Origin: Octopus bimaculoides
Taxonomy: Eukaryota
Reading direction: 5' to 3'
Assembly (NCBI RefSeq): GCF_001194135.2
Contig: NC_068992.1
Span: 68,293,222 to 68,357,221 of the forward strand
DNA length: 64,000 nucleotides
Each line of letters starts with the position of its first letter. The first letter of the stretch is position 1. A program made the position numbers and the translations under genes. Under the pieces are notes generated by a model. The model worked only from the letters and a program-made list of their open reading frames with translations, was not told the DNA's origin and made no database searches. Positions 12,992 through 25,897 of the stretch are shown here, one piece after another.

Positions 12992-13133
12992 TTTCTTTAT
13001 TGCCTACAGGGGGCTAAACATAGAGAAGACAAACAAGGACAAACAAAGGAATTAAGTCGATTACATCGACCCCAGTGCGTAACTGGTACTTATTTAATAG
13101 ACTTCTGAAAGATGAAAGGCAAAGTCGGCCTCG
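12992..13133 (-). mobile_element. SINE family A, 5'-truncated, tail variant gamma
   Basis: Body GTCGATTACATCGACCCCAGTGCGTAACTGGTACTT...GATGAAAGGCAAAGTC joined to a distinct tail. Confidence 0.8.
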
Positions 13134-14090
13134 ATATCACCTTGTATTAAACGATGAGATAATGTATTATTTTTTTTGAAATCTCAGTCAGAATCGTTTC
13201 TTGTAATGCCAATTTATTTTAGAGGCATTTTATTCTGGAGTTATAACATTATAGTATTTTATTCCAGTTAGATATTCTACAAACCGTATTTGAGAGTATA
13301 TATTTCCATTTATTACTTTTAATATTTATTTCGCTAGTAATAAGCACCAGATTTATCGGGCAAAATGTATATCAAATCGAGACTGTGATGTGGCTAGAAC
13401 TGACGTCATTGCAGTTGTAGGGATAAAACAATGATAAGGGTGATTCTAGTAGGATTTTAAAACATCATTATTTCACATTTTACTGGAGAGACAAACCTTC
13501 CTTTTTAGAGTAAATATACTGAGCTGAGTATTTTACTAGTTCCTGTATCTCTGTTAACATAACTCATCTTAACGATCATGGTGCCATTGATATGATTAAC
13601 CAGCATTAACAGATAGAGAGATAGTTCATACAGATAGTTCATACATTTATTTTAAAGACGAAAGGTTATAATTAAGAGAAGGAAATTAATTGAATTGCTC
13701 TAAATATAGACAGGCTTTGTTATATTTTCCTTTTATTTAATCCAGTAACACTAAAAAAATTGCTAAGATTATACTTAGAATGAGCAAACCGACAAAAACG
13801 TGTAAGACATATCAGTGCTCTAACGTCTCAAATGCTACAATTAGATTATGTATATTCGTTCGAATGACAAGAAACAACAGCCAAATCTGAAATCATTTTC
13901 CAATGTTCTGTTAGGTAATTAGTAGTAGATTCCACCAACGAAGTGTACGTTCACGGTCCAATTTACTAATTTTTCATTTACGTGTTACTTCAGATATATC
14001 CTGGGTCTAAAGAACGCCAACACTTAGAAACTTAATATTTAGGTCCTTAGAAAGGATAGTTTTTTTTCTATCTTATGGTATTTCAAAATA

Positions 14091-14290
14091 TTCTTTTCTA
14101 CTCTAGACGCAAGGCCCAGAATTTGTGGGGGAGGGGGCCAGTCGATTTGATCGACCCTAGTACGCAACTGGTACTTAATTTAGCGACCCCCGAAAGGATG
14201 AAAGGTAAAGTCGACTTCGGCAGAATTTGAACTCAGAACGTAAAGAGAGACAAAATACCGCTAAGCATTTCGCCCGGCCTGCTAACGTTT
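14091..14290 (-). mobile_element. SINE family A copy
   Basis: Reverse complement of family A from the tail to nearly the full head. Confidence 0.85.
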
Positions 14291-15616
14291 GTAATATATC
14301 CATATTACAATCAAGGTCCTGGTACAATAACAATCTTTCATTTTTTTCTCATTTGACATTAAGTGCTTAGTATATTACCTGGAGAGATGTGTTGGCAAAA
14401 CCTTTATTTTTCGAAAATAAAACTGTCCTGAGTTCTTACACCTCCGAAAAAATTTTTACTTTTCATCCTTCCGGCTTTCATATAATAAAGTACTGGGAAA
14501 GGTGAGCTGCAATCAACTTTACATTGCTGAGAAATATTAGGTCATTTCCCTATGTTACAAATCCTTGAATTAGAACAGGTTGTTTTATAATCAGAATCGC
14601 AAAAGTGCTGGATCAAATTTTTGCGGAATGTATTATGTTATGTCACATCCACTCATACTCTTAATTGAAATTATGCTTTCTTCAATCTGCTTTTTATGTT
14701 TTTGTGTTCGACAAAGTAAAGCAGTGATAATGACCAAACTTTTTTCAAAATTTGTGACCTTATTCTTATGTTAGAAATCATTTTCTATTCCTTTTTTTTT
14801 AATTGGGATGAAGTGTGGCTGAATGCAGAACAACATCATTAATGTAAGCGCTAGTATATTAATTTGACCAGCGGGAAATGTTTAATTACTCAAAACTTTG
14901 TTTGCATTCAATGGGATAAGCTTGGGTTCAAAACTTAAAAGTGCGTACGATACACAACGGAAGCAACTTTTATTACGAAATAATCAAATATAGGTCGAGC
15001 ACCAAAATATCAGAAAGTTTGGGTGTACACCAAGTTTCACCTCGTTATAATATGGTTTGCACACGAACTGTTGTACCTACCTCTCACGCACGCACGCACA
15101 CACACGCACACGCACACGCATGCACAGACACGTATGTGAACAAAGACTGTTTAAACTGTTATATTCGTTAATTCTTTGAAATCATCCATCTAGAAGATTT
15201 CTGGGTCTGAAGTATTTTGTAATATCTGTCAAATTGAATACTTTCGTCATATCGGAAGTAGGGGTGGCTCTTCCACCACTCAGTCAACCATTGAGAGGAA
15301 CGGTCAAGATGTTTCTCTTTCCCATTTATTGTGTTGTGTGCCATTAATCTTTTCTCCCTGAAAAAGTTGTTTTAATAGTAAATACAGTAAAAGGCAATAA
15401 ATTGTTTCCATTAAACGGTTTGTTTGGCTATTAATCTATTTAATCAACATGTTCGAGTAACATCCGTTTTACTCAAAACCGTTTTTTTTCACTCATCTGG
15501 TCAATATAAACTTTTAAACATCTCAAAGGTAGTGCAGCATATGTTCACAGTCTGATAAGTGAAAAAGTAAGAGAATGCAGTGATTTCGAGGGGAATACGG
15601 GCCCAGGATTTGCTAA

Positions 15617-15722
15617 TATTGGATATACTGTGGACAGAATATCCAATACTTTCCACAAGATATTCTGTCCACAGGTTATCCAGTGCTACCACGGAAATCT
15701 TGTCCACAGGATATCCAATGCT
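15617..15722. repeat. compact inverted/direct repeat cluster (TGTGGACA / TGTCCACA motif)
   Basis: Arm 15618-15643 is complementary to both 15659-15681 and 15696-15719. Confidence 0.8.
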
Positions 15723-16254
15723 GGGGAGGCTGTGTTTCTTGAAAAATATGCGTGTTCTTTTTTCTTTCTTTTGACATAGCTGAAATATGAAATGATAAAA
15801 CATTGTGGTTTTGTTTTATATTTTCTTTAAAAAAATATTAAAATATAGGTTATTTCCTGTTGCATTGACAATTGCATATACATATGGATGGATCATTATT
15901 AATATAGACTATCAACCACTGATTTTTATTTGTCATTTTGAGGCTACGAAGAAAATATTGTTGGGATGGGAAAATTAGCAGAACAAAATTCTATTTTAGA
16001 TGTGTAGTAACTCATATTTTTTCTATGAAGATATCAATGATATCATAATATCTTTCATGATGATATCATTAATGATAAATACTATATTTGCTGGCAGCAA
16101 GGTTAAGGATTACTTCGATGGCTGTCTGCTTTGACATCAACATACAAATGCAATCCTGTGTTTATTGACACATATTTCAATGAATTACAACGTGGTCTGA
16201 AAAACGTTTAGACTCTCTATTTTCCTATCTCCCTCTCCCTCTTTTGCTCTCTTT

Positions 16255-16290
<36 letters not shown>

Positions 16291-18102
16291 ACACATACTA
16301 AGATTATGCCTCAGTCACAACTTTGATATGAGAACGAATTTTCCATATGGCAGGAAATTATCATATAATAAGTCACTCTGCTTCTATTACTGTACAGATA
16401 TTGTCTCTGTTGAAATATACGCAAATTAAATCAATGTTTCAAGATGAAAGCAATATCCACGTGCCAACTAACTGCCCGCTTTCCTTATAACGAATGTCTT
16501 TATGCCAAGATTTATAAATTGTTAATCATAAATATTTGATTATGGTCAGTTTATTTTGTACAATGTTTTGAGTTATAAGTGAAACAAAATGTTAATAATT
16601 TTAAATATATAAGCAACATATCCAAATGGCAGTATTCCAATAAAGATTTCAATATAGTTTTGTTCGGCATCAACACATGCCAGAGAAATAAACCATACAT
16701 TCTAGCTGAAGCTCGGTAAATCGTGACGTAGATCAGTTTGTAGAATAAGTGATGCATGTCATATTATGTTTTACCATCATTTCGCCTTTTTGCTATGTTA
16801 CTTTGTTTTTGTTTTTTTAAGATGATGCTATTGTGAAAATAGAAGATTTTCAGTTGAATGTGTAAAATCGATAAAAAGTAAATGTATGAGGAAATTTGTT
16901 TGTAAAATCTACAACTAAAGCAATAATTGTTTCACTTGACTTAAAGTGTAACCTTTAACATCCTGGTAACTTTATTGGTGATTCAGTGTAAATTATCAAG
17001 CCTACCAACTTATCACGTCTAAGGCTTCTTCAGCAAGAGATATTAATATTGGCGATATTTAATTCAGGATAGAAGAATCTATTTCATTTTTGAGTTGTCG
17101 CTCTAAATTATTCCACTTGAAGGAATTATGCAAGACTCTATGGTTTCTATGATAAATTACCATAAGATGCAGAGTTATTGAGATGAAGTAATATACACAA
17201 TGAACTTATCCGTTGTTGCTGCTATTGCTGCTTAGTTGACATAATTAGTCTAGCAAAATTACCAATGTACCGAACTAATATTTCATGCCGTGACTCTCTA
17301 TTATAAACGTGCTGAGATTAACTTCACTCTTCAGCTGATTTCACACTTAATACCAGATACGTACATTGTCACCTCAATCCATTACATATTACCATTAAAT
17401 TTTATGGTGCAATAACATTATCAGCACTCATTAATATTCACATTATTATAAAGAAACAATTATATTTAGAAACAGAACGATTATTCATGCTGTCTTTTTA
17501 TTCTCATCTACAATATGATCAACGTAGTTTTCATACATAATAATGCATACTAGTTCCACTTCAGATACTTAACTTTATTTTAATCACCTCGTAATTTTGC
17601 AAGTTAGTATATGGAAAACGTTTAGCGCATGTAATAACAATGGGATTGTCAATTACGAAGCTTTTCGTTTGCTTTCGAAATAGTAAAACGATTAAAGTAC
17701 CATCTGAGCGTAAAACTTGCAATATAAATATTAAATACGAATCCAGACATGGGAATTGCTCTTCAGTTTAATCCAACACCTTTATGTTGATAATCTTCGA
17801 AAGCAAATTTAGCTTTTGCTATCCAACAACTAAGATACATTGAAATATCTATGTATCAAATTAAGCCCGTTAATAAAATCAATATATGCATAATATGTTT
17901 ATATCCATATATAATTATGTACAAGCATGCCTTCACGCGCGCGCGCATATATTCTTAGTTGAACACCATATTAATGAGAAAATAATATGAAATTGTGACA
18001 ATATTTATAACTCAGGGGATTGGATTATAAAAATTACTTTGCAATCGTCAGAAACATCGCATAAATTTCACTGAGTTATTAACATGAAGTTGCAGTTAAC
18101 CA

Positions 18103-18153
<51 letters not shown>

Positions 18154-18949
18154 TACCCATATATGCATACCCATATTCATCAATATAAAATGTAAACGAT
18201 GACAGGAGATAAATTGTGTTCATATCCTGTTGTTGATGTTAAGTTATTTTCCCGAACTGGGCTTTTAAATTGAATTTTGTGTTTCAAGCAAGCTCACGTC
18301 GGAATTGCTTCAGTTGACAGGAGTATAAAGACAAAAGTAAGGATAAATAAAGGTTTCTGTTTCCAATTACCATCACAAGTAATCTTAGGGAAGTTATAAT
18401 AAAAATTAATATGTTAATCTCATAATTAGACGTTCGGGCCTTGGTTATAGAAAATTAATAATGCTATTTTGTGATAAGCATCCCTTTCACCGGATTCTCG
18501 CAGCTGCAATTAAAGTGAAATGGACTTAATGAGAATTTAAATCGGTTCGGATGATTGTTTCATCGGGTTACGATCTATATACCATTGCTTCTCTAAAGGA
18601 AAATAAATCCGTCTTGTCAGAAACGCTATATACGACACACTTTCATGTACCGTTAATATTACGTAATATTTTTCTTCATTGCGAAACCATAGGTGAAAGC
18701 AAAAAGATCTAATAAACTATTTTTGTTGTTCAGGTCATTATTATATCATCATAACAATCGTTTCAGTTTTATGTCCCATAAAGACTTTATAGGACAGATA
18801 AGGTTCCCCAAAAGCCTTCCCTTATTAAATGGATGGATTAAGAGAATCAGAAACAACTCAGATTTATGACTTACGCACTTTCTGTTAGTTTATATCAAAG
18901 TAACACCACCAATAATGGAGATGGGAATGGTGATGATGATTATAAGAAG

Positions 18950-19150
18950 AAATTGTCATACACCAAGGAATTGGAGACGGTATAGTTACGAGACGCAAGC
19001 CAGTTGGATGAACTCGATGAAAGCCACGTTGAAATCAACATAAACAATGGATAATAAACCCTCAACATGAAAATACCTCCTGTTGAAGGAGACCACTTAA
19101 AGAAATTCGGAACCAGCATTTCGTATTGTGTCATTCTAATGTATCAGAGA
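18950..19150 (+). mobile_element. possible RTE-like LINE C-terminal remnant
   Basis: VIHQGIGDGIVTRRKPVG*..., resembling the xxQGxxEGxRxRGRP end of RTE ORFs; heavily decayed. Confidence 0.35.
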
Positions 19151-19229
19151 CGAGATCCCCCCCCCCCGCCAGTTTATCTTTTGTTTACACTCTCTGAATC
19201 AAAGTAAACACATTATGCATTATCACTCT

Positions 19230-20120
19230 TACTGCTCCCAAACATCCAGCTTGAATGCAAGGTCTTCTTTATCGCCCATGCCCTTCCCTTCAAGTGGTAT
19301 TTGAAGTAAATGATGAGGACTTATCAGAGAGAGGGAGAGAGAGAGAGAAAAATCGTATCCTCTAACATTATAAACACGTTTACGGCATAACCTCTCGTTC
19401 AGTAGCCAACAAGCAAGCAAGGAAGATGTGTCCTTCATTGCCAAAAGGAGGGCCATGTACCTCGACAGACTTAGTTGATAACCGGAAAAGTTTCGAATCT
19501 TGACAGCAGATGCAGGCCATAAATCGGAAATTCATGGATATTGAAAGAATCTGAACAAGATGACTTCAGCACCCTGTACACAACCTGGAGAGCTGCTTTT
19601 ATAGAAAGTGCTCTGAACAGACAACTCACCGTCCTTGCAGCACCTTTGTGTCTGGGGACATTTTAATATTCTTTAATAAACACTTACATGAAAGCTCTCA
19701 AGAAGTACCCTCCTTGACGTCATTGTCCCTCACACTCTCCAGAACAGACAGATTGTAACTTCTCGTCAACTGCATTGCTTAGGAAAATCCCAAGTACTTA
19801 GCAAAATTCCAGATGCTAAAACCCAGTCTCGATTCACACTTCACGCAGGACTGCAGCTCGCTAAAAAAGCTGAGCTGCAGAAGCAAGCGTTGCAAAACAT
19901 TGACCAAGGTTGTTCGACTTTGTCGATTCGCTATATCTTCTAGGGTGCAATCAAGGGTATTTTCTAATCAAAACAAATTCAAGCATCTTCGTAAGAGCGT
20001 CTTTTCAACAACAGAAGTTGCTGCTGACCAGCATCGTCGTGTTACTTCAGTGCCTGAGCTGAAAGCCCGTCTACTTGTCCTACTTGCCTGGTACTAACAC
20101 TTCTAGTATGGTACTGGGTA
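19230..20120 (-). mobile_element. possible highly degenerate RTE-like LINE fragment
   Basis: GQVDGLSAQALK*...QQLLLL at about 20090-20010 resembles the PGxDGxxAExLK motif preceding RT; NERLCRKRVY...LLQIPLEGKG resembles the RTE C-terminus. Many stops. Confidence 0.4.
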
Positions 20121-21371
20121 CCACCAATTTTGTTCCCAACACCATAATGATGTTACGCACGTATTTAGGATACATTTTTCTTGTATCTTCGAGTCGCACG
20201 TGCCTCATTGTCTTCGACCATCGCAACAAAGGTTTCATTGCTAAACACAGCAGAGAAGAAAAGAGATATCATTAGTACATAAGGACACGATACGAAAGGG
20301 TTCTGATACGGTTCTTTTTAAATGAGCACCGAGATTCCAATGTATAGTGTAGCGATCCAACTTTTGAAGGAAAGGCTGAAATAGGTTGATTTTATGAAAG
20401 TTACAGGCTAGCTGCAGTCTATTTTGTCGTAATCTCTGTCAAATCTCCCGATAATGTGCGAAAAACTCGCCACCCCAAAATTCACTGAAATGTTCTCGTA
20501 CAGTAAAAGAAAGATGAATGCAGCTACCAGTAATTCCACAAACCTTCCTATAACCTGATGAATATTCTAAATACGTCTAGGCTAAAACATTGCCGTTTGA
20601 CTAAGTGTATATTGGCGTAATATGTAAACCTAGGCGATATTTTTCGAATAATTATTACTACCTGAACAGATTTGCCAAGCTTTTGAACCACTTCACCCTG
20701 CTCGTATTCATATACAATATGTGCATAGGTTTGGTGTCTCTCTTTGCTTATTAATACTAAGTAATGATTGGCCGTGTTTGACTAGAGACATCCGTCATTC
20801 TGCTCTTGTTGCGTACACTGTTCTCGTTACTCTTCATACAAGTACACTCACCTATAATCGGTCAAAGAAAATAGTTTATACATCTAGATTTAGAATTCTG
20901 ACAGTGCTTCCGCTTTATTCCAGAAGTAGCTTTATCTCATCGGAAATTTTAGTGTTGCTGATAGTTGCCACATCAAGCAAAGTGCCACGAACCTATGTGG
21001 ATGAAATTGTCAAAAATAACGATCGCTTCACTCATTTTCCAACGTAAAACAGATGGAAGACAACAGATGGTAAAATCGAAACTTTCTGTTTAAAATAATT
21101 AACAGATACATAATGAACTCTCAAAGATGTCGACTAACATAACGAAGGTGCTGGAGATAACAAGCTACTTGTTCACTAACGGAAAGTCATTTTACCTCCG
21201 AAATTAATGAATTGCAATAGATCGGCAGTGTCATAACTTGCTTTTCTAACTCTAGAAACCATTAGCATCAGTAAGAGGATAAAAGACAAAAAAAAAAGCG
21301 AAGACGTTTCTGAAGTATTCAAGACGTAATGAAAAGCGTTTTATGAACTTAGATTAATTACAAACCAACAT

Positions 21372-21585
21372 AAGGCAGCGAGTTGGCAGAACTATTAGCA
21401 CGCCAGGGAAAATTCGAAGTGGCATTTCGTCCGTTTTTGCGTTCTGAGTTCAAATTCCGCCGAGGTTGACTTTGCCTTTCATAATTTTCAGGTCGATAAA
21501 ATAAGTATCAGTTGAACACTGGGCTGGATGTAGTCGACGCAACCACTCTTACTTAATCGCTTGCCTCGTGCTAAAATTTGAAAGT
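21372..21585 (+). mobile_element. SINE family A copy (beta-like tail)
   Basis: Full head, GAGTTCAAATTCC B box and body. Confidence 0.85.
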
Positions 21586-23858
21586 AATTACAAATCAACA
21601 TTATTTTAACCGACTGTAGAGATGGCAGAAAGAGAAGAGATTAGCATGTATTGTGATAGTTCACAAATGCTGCAACAATTAACCATATGGTAGATAACAA
21701 GAAGCAGAGACAATAAGCACATTTAGGAGTAAATAGTAAAAACTGACGTCATTACATAACAGTCCTACAGAAAGAGAGAAAAGTGAATTATACAACCATA
21801 TTTCATCACTTTTGATACGAGGTATATTCAATGCTGACTCACAGTGTCTGGTGTTAGCACTTTTATGAGTAGCTCTGTGGCGATAGATCCACACAGGTTG
21901 TATACATCATGACACACTTGGAGCAACAATACTACCTCACTGAGGACACAAACTGCAACGAATTGACTCGGAGAAAAAAAGTGGTTTACTAATTACGCAA
22001 ATTGATCAAAAGGTTAGTCAAATAATCGATTATTTTACAGACTACTTACTTAACTAATAAAAGAATAGAAATGGTGCGTCTGTTTTATTGGCAAACTGCC
22101 CCTCCCAACACAAAAGGTATGAGTGTGTATGTATGTATATATTAAATAGTCACTGAAAACCATTCTTTCTGCTCATGCATGATGNNNNNNNNNNATATAT
22201 ATGTATGTATATATTAAATAGTCACTGAAAACCATTCTTTCTGCTCATGCATGATGGGAGGAAAGATTGTGAACAAAGCCGCATCATCAAGCATGAACAG
22301 GTCAAAAGCAGATCGTATGTGTCTTGATGGGAATTTTCCAGTATTCGTTGGTGCACAGTCCAATGTAACAAGTGTGTTCAGGTTTGTCCAAGGCAGACCT
22401 AAGAAGCCATCACAATGTTTTGTATGGGATTTCTACTCGCAAGGAGTACGGAAAGTATGTTGCGTTAAGCACTAAAACAAATAGTGTAACACTTGCTCTT
22501 ACAAGAAGCAACCATCATTGCTACATCTGTGTCAAAGAGTGTAAGTGTCCAGCAGGAATAAAAAGTTACATTTGTGATGCCCATGTTTAAGAGAACTGAC
22601 CAAAGGTGTCATTTCTGGAAATCAAGTTACAGGCATGCTTTATGTATGTATACACACATGCATGTGGATGGTAATGAATCCGTACTTTTTACATGGCTTA
22701 AGCACATTGTACTCTTCTTCTGCCAAGAAATTTGATTTGATTTGTATGTATATGTATGTGTACGTATGCGTGTGGATGTGTGGACAGATAGTGCATTTTC
22801 TTCCCACGGCCAAGTATACGCGAACATGTTAAATGTCATTGTACTCACAAACACCCTATACATACACACTCGTACATATATATATATATGAGAGTGAGAG
22901 AATGGTGGGAGGGACAGCGATCATATAGAATGATAGATATGTATTCAACGTTAAAATAAAACAATATTTGATTTCTAACACATTTGATTTCTAATTCCCT
23001 TTTCAGTTTAGTAATTGTGATTATTGCGTGATTGTGATGATGATAATATTGAAAGAATGCAACGTAAAAACAAATACGAGAGGGGAGATTTCTTCAAACA
23101 ACAACAATTTCTGTACGAAAAAAAAATTAGGAAAGCAAACAACTGGCTTATTAAGACGAACCAAATAACTACGTCAGCGGAAATATAAACAATTATTTGC
23201 ATTAAATTATAGTGGCACAATTAGACAACTCTCAAATAAAATATAACAACCTATCAGCCAGTGAGTGTAATTAACAGCACGGGAAATCTAACAGCACCAA
23301 CAATGAGTACTGCAATTATTACAAGCTTACCACCATCACTCCGGTAAAATGCAGAACATTCTACGATTAATCCCAGCAAAGAAGAATTTGTAGAATAGTG
23401 TAAAGATGAATTTTCTTAAAGAATGAAACGTTTAATATATTGGCCTTTTAGTCATTCAACCGAAGAACATGCGAATATATTGTTACTAACTTTTGGTATC
23501 CAGTCTCAAATGCAGAATAACTGTGAAAACAGCTTACAACGTCGAGTAAATACCCTTAGAAAACGGAGAGAAAAGTGGCCAGCAAGCTGCCACAGGGAAT
23601 CGAAATCTGTACACGGTTCGACTCTCTTTAAGTTTCGAAGTCAACCTTTATAGCCATTCTAAACTTGAAATTGAATATTGTATACTGACGCAGTATTCTG
23701 TGGATGGAAAGTAGGTCGACACTAACTGTGAAATGTTCATAAGAAAGATTCGCTCTTAATTACGTCTCGGGTTTATAAAATCTGTGCAAACATTTTGAGT
23801 TACTAATTGTCTGAGATATATCAATATATTTCAGGTTTATAGATATGTCTATGTTAGG

Positions 23859-23915
23859 CATTATATAAAATGTGTGCATTATATAAAATGTGTGCATTAT
23901 ATAAAATGTGTGTAT
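23859..23915. repeat. 18-bp tandem repeat x3
   Basis: GCATTATATAAAATGTGT repeated three times. Confidence 0.9.
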
Positions 23916-25852
23916 TTTGCGTGTTATATATGCGTGTGTGTGCGAGTATAGTGCATGTTCTGCGTGTGATGTATGTATGTATGTATGTATGTATGTATAT
24001 ATATAATGTGAGTGTGTGTGTGTGTGTATACAGATGCATGTGGATGGTAATGAATATGTATTGACAGACGGAAATACATTTAGTCACATTGATGCGTATA
24101 GCCGTATGGATGGGTTTGAATACATAAAAATGTGTGTGAAGATGATAGTTGTTTGCAGTATATTATTTAGTAATGCATATTATTGATTGTGATGTCCTGT
24201 ATAGAGATGTTTGTCATTAACCTTGAGATGTGGTAAATAATCAATAGCACTCATTGCTTTAAAACCAACTTTGATTTTTACCAACAGGCTTATTGATCAC
24301 GTATAATACTACAAACCTGTCTTATACTTTGTAAACATAATAGATGAGTTTTTTCTTTTGTCATTTTATTAAGACAGAATAAGTTTATTATAGTTTCAGA
24401 CTTCGTAGATAGAGATGTGCAACCTTTCTCTGATCCCAGCTCCCTCAGTAAAGATGTTAGATATGTTTAAGCAATGTTCTTTAGTATACATAAATATAAT
24501 TAAAACTTTTGAATCTGTGACTGCCGCGCACATTGCACTGTGTCTGAGAGAATGGAACATGCATTGCAGTTTGCCACGAAAAAATATGCAAATAAATATG
24601 CTGTGCATTAAAAGAACAATGAAAATTTCTATAATGTGGTAGAATTTTCCCATTTGCCTGAAAACGTTACTGAATACTCAGGGAACATTTGTGAATCGCA
24701 TGACGGTGATTGAAAGTCATTGGTCTCGACGTCGCGAAATTTAGATAACGAATAAGACAATGAAGTATTAAGTTTAAATGGATAATTTTGGACCACTATT
24801 TTCAGGAAAGAAATTTTGTCGGGATGGATTTAGGGAATGCTATATTTTAAAACTATGTTTGTTGATTAGTTCAAGCTTGTCGTTGGTTTCATGATTTTGT
24901 TGAATGCTTACATGTGACGAAGAAAATTGTTTCGGAACATAAATTTTCGTTAAAGTGCTAGTCAGATAGAAACATTAGTCCATTAAGGATTTTTATAATA
25001 ATATATAAAGCTACAATGAGAAAAGAAAGTTCTTTTGCAGAGAACTTTCTGAGTTCTCTCTGAAATTCTCTTTCATGAGGTCTAATATGTGTATTTTCTG
25101 CTTTCTGACATCAACACACAATCTGTAACTTTTCATGGATAAAATTAAATGCATTGTGGAAGAAATTCCTTTCTTAAAATCTGGAGATGAAGAAATCCCG
25201 CAGTTGAAATATTTTATATTATTTTTCATTTCAAAAAGATGACGTAAATTTGAAAAATCATATACTCGCTAGAGCAAAGATAATCATGATATTCACATGC
25301 AAATATTTCTAAATTGCCGCAGGTAATTTTGAATTCCAAATCATAATACGAAACATTATGGTATTGAACAGAAAATTTGCCTGTGTTGAATATAATACAA
25401 GATTTATCGAACCGTTTTGTACCACTTCTCTCTAAACGAAAAGCAATAAGAAATCAAAACCTGTACCTCATGCACAACGGTAACATCTAACAGAAAATCT
25501 TACTGAATGTTTGGTGAAATAGGGAAGTAATTATGAAGAACATTTAGGGGGCCGAATCAATCTGACATTTACTTTCAGTAACTTCACCGAAGGCAAGTTT
25601 GGGTCGAAATCATCCTTCTTTAATAAACAGCAGTGATCGAAGTCATTCTTAGAGATAACGCCCAACCTCAAGCAACGAGTTACTGAAAAGTTATGGCATC
25701 GTTCGTATAGCAAAAGTCTATACTTTCAAGTTCCTGCTTCATCAGACTTTTACTTCTTCACCTATATTTATACAATATTGTATACCTTGTGAGTAATTTT
25801 AAATAGCAACTAAAATTCGGACAGAACTTATATTCAACCTCACTCCACCTCC

Positions 25853-25897
<45 letters not shown>

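Noticed and set aside
16991-17040. CTGAAGA-AGCCT...AGGCT-TGATA hammerhead-like string (minus strand)
   Set aside because: GAAA is altered and helices I and III cannot form.
17842-17878. FINGLNLIHRYF resembling CAT FITGWNLILSY
   Set aside because: Invariant Trp is missing, a stop follows within five codons, and there are no splice sites.
22125-22254. ~55-bp direct repeat on both sides of a 10-N gap
   Set aside because: Typical unmerged contig overlap; assembly artefact.
22658-24055. 22-bp sequence ATGCATGTGGATGGTAATGAAT repeated 1.38 kb apart
   Set aside because: Embedded in degenerate TG/TA microsatellite; likely an old local duplication with no further structure.
25626-25685. TAVIEVILRDNAQPQ, reminiscent of a cadherin repeat
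   Set aside because: Bounded by stops, no DRE or DxND motifs, no exon context.
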